Positions 18,030 to 28,350 are shown, counted from the first letter of the stretch. The stretch: DNA of 64,000 bases from an uncultured virus (IMG/VR IMGVR_UViG_3300013342_000002) (IMGVR_UViG_3300013342_000002); one strand, 5' to 3'. A program made the numbers and translations. The notes: generated by a model not told the origin, from the sequence alone.

Positions 18030-19237
18030 GCGAGAACATCAGCGATATCCGTGAGGGCTTGGAAAAGCAGCTGAAGGACGGCTTTGCCGGCCTGCAGAAG
18101 AAGTACGACAGCGCCTCGGCCGAGATCGAAAAGGGCAATCAGGTCACCACCGATCTGAAGAAGCAGATCCAGACCGCGACCGACGAGATCCAGAAGGTCG
18201 TCGACAAGGTGCTGAAGCTGGAAGAAAAGGGCATCGGCCTGGGCAACCAACCCGGTACGAAGAAGGGCTTCATCGACTTCATCAAGGGCAACGACGAGTA
18301 CAAGGCGCTGCAGGGCCGTGAGAAGTCGGCGGCCGAGATCGAGATCAAGAAGGACGAGCTGGCGTCCATGCAGGAAACCAAGGCCGTCACCAGCGCCGGC
18401 ATCGTCGTGCCGAACTACGACCCGACCATCCAGCCGGGCATCCGCCAGGAGCTGCGCATCCGCGACCTGATCCCGTCGATCTCCGTCACCGGCCAGAGCT
18501 ACACCTACTTCCGTGAGAAGCTGCACACCCGCGGCGCTGGCCCGGTCGGAGAAGGCGGGACCAAGCCGCAGAGCAACGTCACCTTCGAGCAGAAGACCGA
18601 CCTGGTGAAGAAGCTGGCGGTCTGGATCCCGGTCACCGATGAAGCCTTGGACGACGTGCCGCAGATGTACGGCTACTTGCAGCAGCTGCTGCGCTACGAC
18701 CTGAAGCTGGAGGAGGAGGTCCAGATTCTGAAAGGCGACGGCACCGGCAACAACCTGCCCGGCCTGATGACTGACGCCACCGTTTTCGACGCTGATCTGT
18801 CGAAGGCGAGCGACACGTCGATCGACACCGTCCGCCGCGCGATCTACCAGGTGCGCAAGCAGTCGAAGCTGTCGGCCGACGCCACGGTGATGACCGAGCT
18901 GGACTGGATGAACATCGAGCTGGAGAAGGACAGCCAGAATCGCTACCTGTTCGCCAACCTGCAGGGCTTCGTGACCCCGATCCTGTGGGGCCGCCCGGTG
19001 GTGGCCTCGGACAGCATGGACGAAGGCGACGGCACCACCACCGGTGGTGAGTTCCTGGTCGCCAATTTCCAACGCGGCGCCACGATCTACGACCGCATGA
19101 GCTTCCTGTTCAAGGTCGGCCTGATCAACGACGACTTCGTGAAGAACCAGCGCGTGCTGCTGGTCGAAGAGCGTCTGGGCCTGGCCAAGCGCCGCATCGA
19201 GGCATTCGTGAAGGGCCGCTTCAAACCGCAGGCGTGA
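18026..19237 (+). CDS. major capsid protein, HK97 family
   Basis: Coiled-coil delta domain; ILKGDGTG; LWGRPVV; EERLGL. Confidence 0.95.
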   Translation: MSENISDIREGLEKQLKDGFAGLQKKYDSASAEIEKGNQVTTDLKKQIQTATDEIQKVVDKVLKLEEKGIGLGNQPGTKKGFIDFIKGNDEYKALQGREKSAAEIEIKKDELASMQETKAVTSAGIVVPNYDPTIQPGIRQELRIRDLIPSISVTGQSYTYFREKLHTRGAGPVGEGGTKPQSNVTFEQKTDLVKKLAVWIPVTDEALDDVPQMYGYLQQLLRYDLKLEEEVQILKGDGTGNNLPGLMTDATVFDADLSKASDTSIDTVRRAIYQVRKQSKLSADATVMTELDWMNIELEKDSQNRYLFANLQGFVTPILWGRPVVASDSMDEGDGTTTGGEFLVANFQRGATIYDRMSFLFKVGLINDDFVKNQRVLLVEERLGLAKRRIEAFVKGRFKPQA

Positions 19238-19256
19238 TAGCGAGCTGATCCCGAAC

Positions 19257-19286
19257 GAGGCCGGCCACGCGCCGGCCTCTCTCTTT
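19257..19286 (+). terminator. hairpin terminator after capsid gene
   Basis: GAGGCCGGC/GCCGGCCTC stem + pyrimidine tail. Confidence 0.55.
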
Positions 19287-19303
19287 CGATACGGAGCAGG
19301 AAC

Positions 19304-19774
19304 ATGAAGATCAAAGCGCAATGGGGCTTCCGCGGCGACGCCCTGAAGCTCAATGCAGAGTCTGCAGATGTGAAGGCCGGCCAGGTGTTCGAAGACGTGG
19401 ATCCGGAATACGGGCACGTGCTGGTCGGCAAGGGCCTGGTGGTGAAGATTCCGGAAGGCACTGCGCCCAGGGAGACGAAGCCGGCCAAGCCTGCCGAGCT
19501 GAAGGCGGGCGAAGGCAGCGACGTAGTCCCAACCATCAACAGCGCCGGAGCGACAGACGCGGCAGGCACCCAGACGGCCGGTGGTGCTGGTCCGGCCGAC
19601 GCCGTCAGCGATGCTGCCGCAGGCGGGCTGACCACTTCCGATCAGGGCGCCGACGATAAGAAAGCGCTCTTGATTCAGCAGCTCGAGGCCGCCGGCGTTG
19701 AGTTCGATCGCCGCTGGGGTGCTGCTCGCCTGGAGGCAGCGCTCGCTGAAGCCCAGAAGAAGGATCCCGCGTAA
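19304..19774 (+). CDS. head-associated protein with C-terminal HeH/SAP-like helices
   Basis: Post-capsid position; LIQQLEAAGVEFDRRWGAARLEAAL. Confidence 0.65.
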   Translation: MKIKAQWGFRGDALKLNAESADVKAGQVFEDVDPEYGHVLVGKGLVVKIPEGTAPRETKPAKPAELKAGEGSDVVPTINSAGATDAAGTQTAGGAGPADAVSDAAAGGLTTSDQGADDKKALLIQQLEAAGVEFDRRWGAARLEAALAEAQKKDPA

Positions 19775-20082
19775 TGGCCGTCACCCTCGACCTGGAGCTG
19801 GTGCGCAAGCAGTGCAACTTCGTTGCCGACGTGGACGACGCCTTGCTACGGCAGTACGTGGCAGCCGCGTTGTCGCACATCGAGCAGCACTGCGACCGGA
19901 GGCTGGTCGAGGGTGAGCCTGCCGGCCCGGATGAGATGAAGCTGTCGCCGGACGTGATGCAGGCTGCACTTCTGCTGGTGGGGCACTGGGTCGCCAACCG
20001 TGAGGCGATTGTGGTCGGCGAGGTATCCACTGAGGTGCAGTTTGGCGTCGAGCGACTCCTCTGGTACAGGAAGACATTCTGA
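19774..20082 (+). CDS. head-tail connector (gp6-like)
   Basis: DDALLRQY..QAALLLVGHWVANRE. Confidence 0.9.
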   Translation: MAVTLDLELVRKQCNFVADVDDALLRQYVAAALSHIEQHCDRRLVEGEPAGPDEMKLSPDVMQAALLLVGHWVANREAIVVGEVSTEVQFGVERLLWYRKTF

Positions 20083-20432
20083 TGCGCGCAGGCTTGCTCA
20101 ATCGAAAGGTCCGGCTAGAGCGGCCGGCGGCCGGAACGGATGACTGGGGGCAACCAGTTCAGGGCTGGGAGCTGGTCGACGAGATCATGGTCAGCATTGC
20201 CGGCGAAACTGGTCTCGGAGCGATCCGCGCTGGTCTACAAGGCGGCGTCCCGGCGTCGATCTCCCGGTACAGCTTCATGGCCAGGTTTCAGACCGTGACG
20301 GCACTAGGGATCGACGCAACCATGCGGATCCTGTACGAGGGCCTCGTGTTTGAGGTCAAAGGAATCACCCGTGACCTCACTCGCAAGGATCGCGCCTTCA
20401 TCATCACTGAGCAGGGAGGCAACAGCGGATGA
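20082..20432 (+). CDS. head closure / head-tail adaptor
   Basis: MRAGLLNRKV..DDWGQP..MRILYEG. Confidence 0.85.
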   Translation: MRAGLLNRKVRLERPAAGTDDWGQPVQGWELVDEIMVSIAGETGLGAIRAGLQGGVPASISRYSFMARFQTVTALGIDATMRILYEGLVFEVKGITRDLTRKDRAFIITEQGGNSG

Positions 20433-20932
20433 GCATCAAGGCCAACGTTGACTTCTCCGACGCGGTGAAGGGACTGGAGGCGCTCCTCGACTCCCGCGTC
20501 AGTCTCGCGCGCTCCATGGGCGTTGCAGGTGGCCAGGTCATTCGGGATGAGGTGAAGCTGCGGGCACCGGTCGGCACGGAGGAAGGTGGCAGCCTGCGCC
20601 CCGGCAGTCTCCGCGACGCAATCTACTTGGCATACCGGGATGGCCGATCCACCGACATTCGGCAGGTGTACTCGATCTCGTGGAACGCCAAGAAGGCGCC
20701 ACACGGGCATTTGGTGGAGTTCGGGCACTGGCAGACCCATGCGGTCTACAAGGACAAGGACGGCTCCTGGACGCTGGGCGCACCGCTCGCACAGCCAAAG
20801 TGGGTTCCGGCCAAACCCTTCGTCAGGCCAGGGTACGAGGCGTCCCTATCGCGCGCGCAGGCGGCGATGGTGGAGAGGGGCAGGGAGCGGCTTCCTGAGC
20901 TGCTGCGTGAGGCGCGAGGAGGTAGTAGATGA
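20429..20932 (+). CDS. HK97 gp10-like neck protein
   Basis: RAPV..GSLRDAI..HLVEFG..KPFVRPG. Confidence 0.85.
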   Translation: MSIKANVDFSDAVKGLEALLDSRVSLARSMGVAGGQVIRDEVKLRAPVGTEEGGSLRPGSLRDAIYLAYRDGRSTDIRQVYSISWNAKKAPHGHLVEFGHWQTHAVYKDKDGSWTLGAPLAQPKWVPAKPFVRPGYEASLSRAQAAMVERGRERLPELLREARGGSR

Positions 20933-21285
20933 GCTACGAAACTTCCCTCCATGCCCTGATCGCACCCCTGGTACAGGGGCGCTTCTATCCCGACGTTCCA
21001 CCGGATCAGCCGGTCTTCCCGTTTGCGCTGTATCAGCAGGTTGGCGGCCAGGCCCTGTGGTTCCTCGAAGGAACGATGCCGGACCACAAGCATGCGCGGG
21101 TGCAGATAACCATCTGGTCCAAGTCCAGGCCCGAAACCAATACGCTGATCCGTCGTATCGAGGATGCGATCTGCGCCGGCGTTCCGCATTCCGAGCCCTA
21201 CGGCGCCGCAGTCGCCATGTACGAGTCGCCCATCAAGGCATACGGCGCCCGTCTGGACTTCGGGCTTTGGTTCCCTGACCCCTAA
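20929..21285 (+). CDS. tail terminator (DUF3168-like)
   Basis: RFYPDVPP..PFALYQQVGG..RVQITIWS. Confidence 0.8.
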   Translation: MSYETSLHALIAPLVQGRFYPDVPPDQPVFPFALYQQVGGQALWFLEGTMPDHKHARVQITIWSKSRPETNTLIRRIEDAICAGVPHSEPYGAAVAMYESPIKAYGARLDFGLWFPDP

Positions 21286-21306
21286 GCAACTAACCCACCC
21301 CGCATC

Positions 21307-21330
21307 AGCCCGGCCAAGCGCCGGGCTTTT
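21307..21330 (+). terminator. intrinsic terminator
   Basis: AGCCCGGC/GCCGGGCT + TTT. Confidence 0.6.
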
Positions 21331-21356
21331 CGTTTTCAACCAGAGGAACACAACAC

Positions 21357-22016
21357 ATGGCACTCAAGCTTCCGAAGGGCACCCAGTTCGGCTTCGCGCC
21401 GGTCCTGGCCACCAAGATCGCAACCACTGGCATCTCCAAGGCGGCGCCGGCGCTGGCGAGCATCGCCGCCGATGCCGTAGACACCGACGATGTGGTGGTG
21501 CTGGAGATCCCCGGCTGGCCGGCACTGAACAACCGAACGACCCGTGCTGGCGAAGAATCCACCGGTGCGATCGAGCTGCTCGGCACCGATACCACCGACA
21601 CCACCCTGTATCCTGGAACCAGCGGGGCCGGCTCGCTGCGCAAGGCTGGTGCCTTCATTGACCTGGACCAGCAGGGCGATCCGACCACCGCCGGCGGCGA
21701 GCAGCAGTATTGGAGCGGCACCCTTCTGGAGGACCCGACCGGGCGTCAGATCCAGATCCCGACCTTCAAGAACGCCAAGACCATCACCATCCCGCTGTAC
21801 TACGATCCGTCCAAGCCCTGGTATCCGGCGCTGAAGACGGTCGACGCCAAGGGCGAACCGGTGGTGTTGCGGGCCAAGCTTGCCGGCGGTGACATTCTGT
21901 ACTGGTACGGCTACCTGAGCTATGACGGTGACCCGACCATGACCGCGAACACCCCGATGGGCACCACCGCAACGTTCACGGCCTTGGCCGACTCGATCCT
22001 GGTGGAGGCGGACTGA
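21357..22016 (+). CDS. major tail (tube) protein
   Basis: Position; GGEQQY..QIPTFKNA; strong codon bias. Confidence 0.88.
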   Translation: MALKLPKGTQFGFAPVLATKIATTGISKAAPALASIAADAVDTDDVVVLEIPGWPALNNRTTRAGEESTGAIELLGTDTTDTTLYPGTSGAGSLRKAGAFIDLDQQGDPTTAGGEQQYWSGTLLEDPTGRQIQIPTFKNAKTITIPLYYDPSKPWYPALKTVDAKGEPVVLRAKLAGGDILYWYGYLSYDGDPTMTANTPMGTTATFTALADSILVEAD

Positions 22017-22324
22017 TGTTCAAGGTAAAGGCCCCCGAGACCTTCAAGGCATCGTTGACCATCGTCGGCCACGGCCGCGAGCAGAAGCTCAACCTGAGCT
22101 ACCGGCACATGACGCAGGAGGCTTATACGGCGCTCCTGCAGCGCCTGGCCGCACAGGAGACCACGCCCACCCAGGCGATTCTCGACATGGTCGCTGAGTG
22201 GGATGCCGATGTGTCGCTGGATACGGCCGGCGTGGATGAGGCCCTGCAGCAGCAGATCGGCCTGGACGCGGTGATCATCACGGGCTACGCCCAGGCAATC
22301 CAGGTGGCCCGCAAGGGAAACTGA
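22016..22324 (+). CDS. tail assembly chaperone G
   Basis: Between tube and tape measure; ends ARKGN. Confidence 0.85.
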   Translation: MFKVKAPETFKASLTIVGHGREQKLNLSYRHMTQEAYTALLQRLAAQETTPTQAILDMVAEWDADVSLDTAGVDEALQQQIGLDAVIITGYAQAIQVARKGN

Positions 22325-22632
22325 TCGAGGCGGTGGGGGCGCTGTACTGGCGCGCCCCCACCGAGGCCGAGCTTGCGCAGGTTGGCCTCAAAGCGAAGCA
22401 CTACCAGCCGCCGGAGTTGCAGCTGTGGCCCGAGTGCTCGCTGCCTATCGAAATCTTCTCGCGGGTCTCCACCCAGTGGCGCGCAAGCGCCGGAGGACCG
22501 TTTGGCCTGGACTATAACGTGGTGTTCCAAGAGCTGGACCGAGAAGGGTTGACCGGTGATCGCCGGGCCGAGGTGATGGCCGCGATCCGCATCATTGAGG
22601 GCGCCGCCCTAACCGAAATCAGCAAGGGCTGA
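22315..22632 (+). CDS. T segment of G-T chaperone, reached by -1 frameshift at G GGA AAC
   Basis: Slippery heptamer 22315-22321; -1 frame open into TQWR..GLDY segment. Confidence 0.85.
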   Translation, partial: GKLIEAVGALYWRAPTEAELAQVGLKAKHYQPPELQLWPECSLPIEIFSRVSTQWRASAGGPFGLDYNVVFQELDREGLTGDRRAEVMAAIRIIEGAALTEISKG

Positions 22633-22634
22633 CC

Positions 22635-25424
22635 ATGACGGACCAATCAATTGGCGCGGCTCGAATCGACCTGGTCGTCGATACGCAGCAGTTCGATAGT
22701 GCGATCACCGCAGCAAAGCGCGGTGTCGCCGACATGTCGGGCAGCGCACAGCAGCAGTATCAGCAGCTGTCGCGCGCTGAGCGCTCGCGCGTCGATACGC
22801 TGGTGCGCCAGGCGGACACCCTGGGCATGACCCGGTCCCAGCAGCTGGCCTATAACGCCGCCTTGCGCACGAGTGGGCCGGTGCTGGACGAGATTGTACA
22901 GAAGCTGGCCCGCGCTGAAGCTGCGGCCAAGCGCTCCGGAAAGGAGCTGAACGCCTACGGTGTCAGCGCGGCCCAGCAGGCAGCGGCAATGCGCGGCGTG
23001 CCCGCGCAGATCACCGACATTGCGGTGAGCCTGCAGGGTGGGCAGAACCCGCTGACTGTCTTTCTGCAGCAGGGCGGACAGCTCAAGGACATGTTCGGTG
23101 GCATCCGGCCAGCGGCCGCCGCCTTGGCGTCGCAGCTGCTGTCGATGATCAACCCGCTCACGGCCGCAGCCGCGGCGACTGCAGCGCTTGGCGTGGCCTG
23201 GTATCAGGTCGGAGAGGCGCAGCGGCAGGCTGAACTGGCGCTGATCACGACCGGAAACTATGCCGGAACTAGTGCCGAGCAGATTGCGGCGCTCGCGCGG
23301 CAGATGGACAACCTTGGCGGCGTAACACGGGGCAAGGCCCTGGCGGCGCTGACTCAGGTTGCGGCATCGGGCCGCTTCACCGGCGAACAGTTCCGCCTGG
23401 TGTCTGAATCCGCCGCCCAGATGGAGGGTGCGACCGGCCAAAGCATCGACACCACCATCGACAAGTTCAAAGGGCTGGCAAAGGATCCGGTTGAAGGACT
23501 GCTCAAGCTGAACGAGGCCGAGCACTTCCTCACGCGCGCACAGCTGGACCGAGTGACCGCGCTGCAGGACGAGGGGAGGCAGCAGGATGCAGTAACGGAA
23601 GCAATCCGGATCTATCACGCAAGCCTTGGAGACGTGTCAGAGAAGGCGCGTGAGTCACTTTCGGGCGTCAGCCAGTGGTGGAAGGCAGTAAAGGATGACA
23701 CGTCATCTGCCTTCAATGAGCTTGGGCGGTACATCGATCTCACCGACCGCCTCCTCACACGCGCCACGGGTGTGAAGCGGGGTGCGGTGGCGGAGACGGC
23801 TTCGTTCTTCACCCCGATAGCAGGCCAAGCGAAGCTCGCGGGCGGGTTGCTTGGCGCGGCGAACGACTTCGCCGAACGGTACTGGGGCCTTGGCCCCAAG
23901 CCCACCGTTACCATGGCAGGGATCTACGGCAACGGCGCAGAGGAATCGATTGACAGCGCCGGGGAGCGAAAGCGCCTGGAGCAGCGGAAGAAGGATCAGC
24001 AGGAATGGGATCGCTTGGCGGGGCAGAACCTGTCCAAGCGGCAGAAGCAGCTCACGGAAGAAGCGAAGATCGTTGCCCTGGGCAAGAAGCTCGGTAAGGA
24101 TCAGGCCGATATCGACCGGGAGGTCGCTGCATCGCGGAAGCAGTTCGCTGAGGCAGAGGCTCGCCGCGGTGGTGGCTCCAAAACCAACCCGGCCACGTCG
24201 ATCGTTGCAAGGATCCAGCAGCAGGTAGCCCTGAACAAGGAGCAGTCGGGCAGCGAGGAGAAGCTCACCGTCAGCCAGCGTCTGCGGGTCCAGGTGCTGG
24301 AGGAGCTGGATCGGTTGGGGGCAAAGATCCCCGAGGCCGATCGGAAGCGCATCAGGACGATGCTGGAAGAGCTGAAGACCACTGGCGACCTGGTGGAGGC
24401 CAAGGACAAGCAGAAGAAGACCCTGGAGGCGCTAACCCGGCAACAGGCCATCTTCGACCAGCAGGCCGAGTCACGGCGCCGGGGTAACGAGCTGGACCTG
24501 ATGAGCTACGGCCGCGGTCAGGATGCCGTCGCCCAGCTGCGCCGGCAGATGGATGTGCAGCGGGAATACGAGGATGAGCTGAAGCGCTTGGGCGACCGCC
24601 AGGTGGCCACCGATCAGGACCAATGGGACCAGCTTGCGGCGAATGCTGCTAGGCACAGGGATGAGCAGCTGCAGCTGGAGAAGGACTACCAGGCCCGCAG
24701 GCTTGCCGCGATGGGCGACTGGCGAAATGGCACACGCGCAGCCTTCGAGGACTATGCCACGGAGGCCAACAATGCGGCGGGCCAGGCGCACTCGGCGCTG
24801 ACGAACGCATTCCAAGGCGCGGAGGACGCCCTGGTTCAGTTCGCTATGACCGGAAAGCTGTCATTCCGCGACCTGGCCAACTCCATCATCGCCGACTTGG
24901 CGCGCATTGCCGCAAAGCAGGCAATCGTCGGCATCGCCGGGATGATCGCCAGTGCTTGGGGTGGCGGGGTCACTGCCGCGGGGAATGCTGCAGCTACCAG
25001 CGGAACGCAGCAGATCAACTCCGATCTTCTCGCCAACATCGGCCGCAATGCCAACGGCGGCGTCTACACATCGCCAAGTCTGTCGGCCTACTCCGGTGGT
25101 GTCTACAGCTCCCCGCAGTTGTTCGCCTTCGCGAAGGGAGCCGGTGTGTTCGGTGAGGCTGGTCCGGAGGCGATCATGCCGCTGCAGCGTGGTCCCGATG
25201 GGCGGCTGGGTGTCGCCGCTCATGGTGGTGGTTCCGGAGTGTCTCAGGTGAATGTCAACGTGGTGGTGAACACCGATGGCTCTACCGACGTTTCTGCTGA
25301 CACACCTGTGTGGCAGCGCTTCGGCAAGGAAATCGGCCAGCTCATCGACATGAAGATCAACGACGCGCAGATCCGATCAATGAAGGATGGCGGTGCAATG
25401 AGGGTGATGGGGGGCAGCCGATGA
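22635..25424 (+). CDS. tape measure protein (lambda H-like)
   Basis: 929 aa Ala-rich; QQGGQLKDMFGG; GEAGPEAIMPL. Confidence 0.95.
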   Translation: MTDQSIGAARIDLVVDTQQFDSAITAAKRGVADMSGSAQQQYQQLSRAERSRVDTLVRQADTLGMTRSQQLAYNAALRTSGPVLDEIVQKLARAEAAAKRSGKELNAYGVSAAQQAAAMRGVPAQITDIAVSLQGGQNPLTVFLQQGGQLKDMFGGIRPAAAALASQLLSMINPLTAAAAATAALGVAWYQVGEAQRQAELALITTGNYAGTSAEQIAALARQMDNLGGVTRGKALAALTQVAASGRFTGEQFRLVSESAAQMEGATGQSIDTTIDKFKGLAKDPVEGLLKLNEAEHFLTRAQLDRVTALQDEGRQQDAVTEAIRIYHASLGDVSEKARESLSGVSQWWKAVKDDTSSAFNELGRYIDLTDRLLTRATGVKRGAVAETASFFTPIAGQAKLAGGLLGAANDFAERYWGLGPKPTVTMAGIYGNGAEESIDSAGERKRLEQRKKDQQEWDRLAGQNLSKRQKQLTEEAKIVALGKKLGKDQADIDREVAASRKQFAEAEARRGGGSKTNPATSIVARIQQQVALNKEQSGSEEKLTVSQRLRVQVLEELDRLGAKIPEADRKRIRTMLEELKTTGDLVEAKDKQKKTLEALTRQQAIFDQQAESRRRGNELDLMSYGRGQDAVAQLRRQMDVQREYEDELKRLGDRQVATDQDQWDQLAANAARHRDEQLQLEKDYQARRLAAMGDWRNGTRAAFEDYATEANNAAGQAHSALTNAFQGAEDALVQFAMTGKLSFRDLANSIIADLARIAAKQAIVGIAGMIASAWGGGVTAAGNAAATSGTQQINSDLLANIGRNANGGVYTSPSLSAYSGGVYSSPQLFAFAKGAGVFGEAGPEAIMPLQRGPDGRLGVAAHGGGSGVSQVNVNVVVNTDGSTDVSADTPVWQRFGKEIGQLIDMKINDAQIRSMKDGGAMRVMGGSR

Positions 25425-25750
25425 CCGACACATTCCACTGGCAGGCCACCAGTCAGAGCAGCGGTTCCGCGACTGCATCAGTGAGGCGCGCAAGGTTCGG
25501 TGACGGCTACTCGCAACAAGCGGCGGAGGGCATCAACTCCGTTTCCAGGAAGTACCAACTGAGCTTTGTCGCGTCCAAGGCAGTGATCGCCGAGATCGTC
25601 GCTTTCCTCGATACACACGTGGGCGCTTCCTTCCTGTGGGCCAGCCCGTGGGGAACGGGCTTGTACTACTGCGACACCTACACCGACTCCCACCTTGGTG
25701 GCCTGACCTACAGCGTCACGGCCACCTTCGAACAAACGTTCCAGCCGTAA
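25421..25750 (+). CDS. minor tail protein M-like (distal tail)
   Basis: ARFGDGYSQ..GIN..FLD.H.G.SFLW..ATFEQ. Confidence 0.9.
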   Translation: MTDTFHWQATSQSSGSATASVRRARFGDGYSQQAAEGINSVSRKYQLSFVASKAVIAEIVAFLDTHVGASFLWASPWGTGLYYCDTYTDSHLGGLTYSVTATFEQTFQP

Positions 25751-25759
25751 GGAAAGGCT

Positions 25760-26533
25760 ATGGCACAGCAAATCATCGATACCACAACCGACCACGGATC
25801 ATCCAAAGGCGACCCCGCACCTCTGGCGTTCAAGAAAGTAAACGACAACTTTGCGGAAACCTACGCTGGTCGCTCTTCCCACATCGCTGGCATGACGATG
25901 GACTACGTATCTGGTTCGTCGGTACAGGTTTCTAGCGGATCCGTCTACATTCCCAGCCTGGATAGGGTCGTTGATTTCCCGAGCGCTATAACGAAATCAG
26001 GGATCAGCCTTGGGGCGAATGCGTGGGGCCATGTATACGCGTACATCAATGGAACCACCCCCGATTGTGAAGTCTCAGCCACAGCGCCAGGTGCAACCTA
26101 TCGCGGGACCGCAAGGACGAAGGCCGGTGACACGTCTCGCAGGTACGTCGGTAGCGTGCGTACGGATGCTTCAGGGAACATCATCAACTTCAGGCACTCA
26201 CTCAACGACGTTTTCTATCGCGCCAACGTGCTCGTTCCACCGTTCGTCGTTCTATCTGGCGGAAACGCGAGCACGGGGACCAACGTGTCCTGTTCGGCTC
26301 TGGTTCCTGTTACATCAAAGATTGCCTTGCTCATGGCAACCAACGGTGATCCATCTATTCGTTTGGATCTTTGGAACACCGAGGGTGCGCAGTCGATGGC
26401 ATTTGTCAACGGCGGTAACAGCAGTCAGATCCGCGCGGCGCTGAGCGCAAGCCAGGCTTTCATGTATGCCTACGCGTCGGCACCCAGCGGCAGCGCAAAC
26501 GTTAGAGTGACGGGGTACACCTATGAGCGATGA
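25760..26533 (+). CDS. putative side tail fibre / virion appendage
   Basis: GDP..AFKKVNDNFAE N-terminal anchor, beta-rich body. Confidence 0.6.
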   Translation: MAQQIIDTTTDHGSSKGDPAPLAFKKVNDNFAETYAGRSSHIAGMTMDYVSGSSVQVSSGSVYIPSLDRVVDFPSAITKSGISLGANAWGHVYAYINGTTPDCEVSATAPGATYRGTARTKAGDTSRRYVGSVRTDASGNIINFRHSLNDVFYRANVLVPPFVVLSGGNASTGTNVSCSALVPVTSKIALLMATNGDPSIRLDLWNTEGAQSMAFVNGGNSSQIRAALSASQAFMYAYASAPSGSANVRVTGYTYER

Positions 26534-26828
26534 AATGTACGCGGTTAGCGAAACCGGATATCGCGCCGTGACCGAAGAAATGGATCTTCTTCCAGGAGAG
26601 TCCGTGCTATCGAAGGTCCCTGAAACTGTGCTCTCTGCGATTGCTACAAAGCAGGCGAAGGAGGAAGTGACGATGAGGCTGCGTCGTTGCGATTGGACGC
26701 AGGCCACGGATAATGATCTGTCTGAGGAAAAGCGCATCGAATGGCGGATCTATCGGAGCAATCTACGTGATCTTCTCGGATTGGCGATTCTCATAGAGAT
26801 CGCCTGGCCGACAGAGCCGGCGCCATGA
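26523..26828 (+). CDS. tail fibre assembly chaperone
   Basis: DWTQ..D..EWRIYRSNLRDL..WPTEP. Confidence 0.8.
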   Translation: MSDEMYAVSETGYRAVTEEMDLLPGESVLSKVPETVLSAIATKQAKEEVTMRLRRCDWTQATDNDLSEEKRIEWRIYRSNLRDLLGLAILIEIAWPTEPAP

Positions 26829-27517
26829 TCACCGCCGATGCGCAGCAGCTGGAGCCGGGTGGCCGAGTGACGGTCTACGAGCTGGACTGCAGCAGCTTTG
26901 GTGCCGACCAGCTTTATTTTCACCAGCACCTGCAGTCGGGGGTGATCTGGTGGCAGGGCCAGGAGTATGGCCCGTGGCCGGTCAACGCTACGGGCTTCGA
27001 GCGCACCAGCGAGCAGCAGCCGAATCCCCGGCTAAAGGTCAGCAACATCGACGGCCGTATCGGCGCCCTGTGCCGCATGTTCCAGGATCTTGCCGGCGCC
27101 AAGCTGATCCGCCGGCAGACGCTGGTGAAGTACCTGGACGCGGCCAACTTCCCCGAGGGGAACCCGCTGGCCGACCCAGCCGAGCACTTCCCCGATGAGA
27201 TCTGGTACATCGAGCGCAAGGTTGGCGAGGACGACGAAACGGTCGAGTTCGAGCTGACCACGGTGGCCGACTTCAACGGTCGGGAGCTGCCCGCGCGGCA
27301 GTGCACCAGAATCTGCAGCGCCCTGCTGCACGGGGGCTACCGCGGTCCCTACTGCGGCTACACCGGCTCGGCGTACTTCGATATCAACGACCAGCCGGTG
27401 GACGACCCAGCCAGGGACGTGTGCGCCGGTCTGGTCCGCAGCTGCCAACTGCGCTTCGGCCAAGACAAGCCGATCCCGCATGGTGGGTTCCCGGCCGCCG
27501 GCCTGTTGCGCACCTGA
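26825..27517 (+). CDS. minor tail protein L
   Basis: WQGQEY..KYLDAANF..Cys cluster, GGFP. Confidence 0.92.
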   Translation: MITADAQQLEPGGRVTVYELDCSSFGADQLYFHQHLQSGVIWWQGQEYGPWPVNATGFERTSEQQPNPRLKVSNIDGRIGALCRMFQDLAGAKLIRRQTLVKYLDAANFPEGNPLADPAEHFPDEIWYIERKVGEDDETVEFELTTVADFNGRELPARQCTRICSALLHGGYRGPYCGYTGSAYFDINDQPVDDPARDVCAGLVRSCQLRFGQDKPIPHGGFPAAGLLRT

Positions 27518-27570
27518 CAACCCGCCCGCCGACACCACCAGCAACTTCGCGCTGCACCAGCAGCACCACA

Positions 27571-27594
27571 AGGCCCGCCCAGTGCGGGCCTTTT
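27571..27594 (+). terminator. intrinsic terminator
   Basis: AGGCCCGC/GCGGGCCT + TTT. Confidence 0.6.
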
Positions 27595-27609
27595 CTATGG
27601 GCGATGTCC

Positions 27610-28350
27610 ATGCAACAGAGCACCCTGCAGGCCATTCAGGCGCATGCCGTGGCCGAGTACCCGCGCGAGTGCTGCGGCCTGATCGTGGCCGGCCGCGATG
27701 GGGAGACCTACATCCCATGCCGCAACTTGGCGACCACGCCCAGCGAGCACTTCCGGCTGCCGGCGGAGGACTTTGCCAATGCCGAGGACGCAGGCGAGGT
27801 GCTGGCCGTCGTGCACAGCCACCCCAACGCCTCTGCGGCGGCCTCTGATGCCGACCGCGTCATGTGCGAGGCCAGTGGCCTGCCATGGCACATCGTGAGC
27901 GTGGGGCAGTGTGTCGGCGCTGATCCAGAGTGCGGCGACCTGCAGACGTTCGAACCTTGCAGCTACGAGGCGCCGCTGGTGGGCCGGCAATTCGCCCACG
28001 GCGTTCTGGATTGCTACACCCTTGTGCGCGACTTCTACGCCCGGGAGCTGGGCATTCAGCTCAGCCAGTACGAGCGGGAGGATGACTGGTGGGAGAAGGG
28101 GCAGGACCTCTACAGCCTGGAGCGGCTGCAGGCGGAGGGATTCGCGGTCATCCAAGGCGAGCCGCAGCACGGCGACATGGTGCTGATGCAGATCCGCTCG
28201 CCAGTGACGAACCACGCCGGCGTCTACCTGGGTGACGGGAAGATGCTGCACCACATGCACGGTCGCCTGTCCGAGAAGGTGGTCTACGGCGGCATGTGGG
28301 CCGAGCGCACCCGCTGCATCGTCCGCCACAAGGAGGCCAGCCATGACTGA
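27610..28350 (+). CDS. tail assembly protein K (JAB + NlpC/P60)
   Basis: YPRECCG, HSHP, DCYTLVRD, NHAGVYLG. Confidence 0.92.
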   Translation: MQQSTLQAIQAHAVAEYPRECCGLIVAGRDGETYIPCRNLATTPSEHFRLPAEDFANAEDAGEVLAVVHSHPNASAAASDADRVMCEASGLPWHIVSVGQCVGADPECGDLQTFEPCSYEAPLVGRQFAHGVLDCYTLVRDFYARELGIQLSQYEREDDWWEKGQDLYSLERLQAEGFAVIQGEPQHGDMVLMQIRSPVTNHAGVYLGDGKMLHHMHGRLSEKVVYGGMWAERTRCIVRHKEASHD

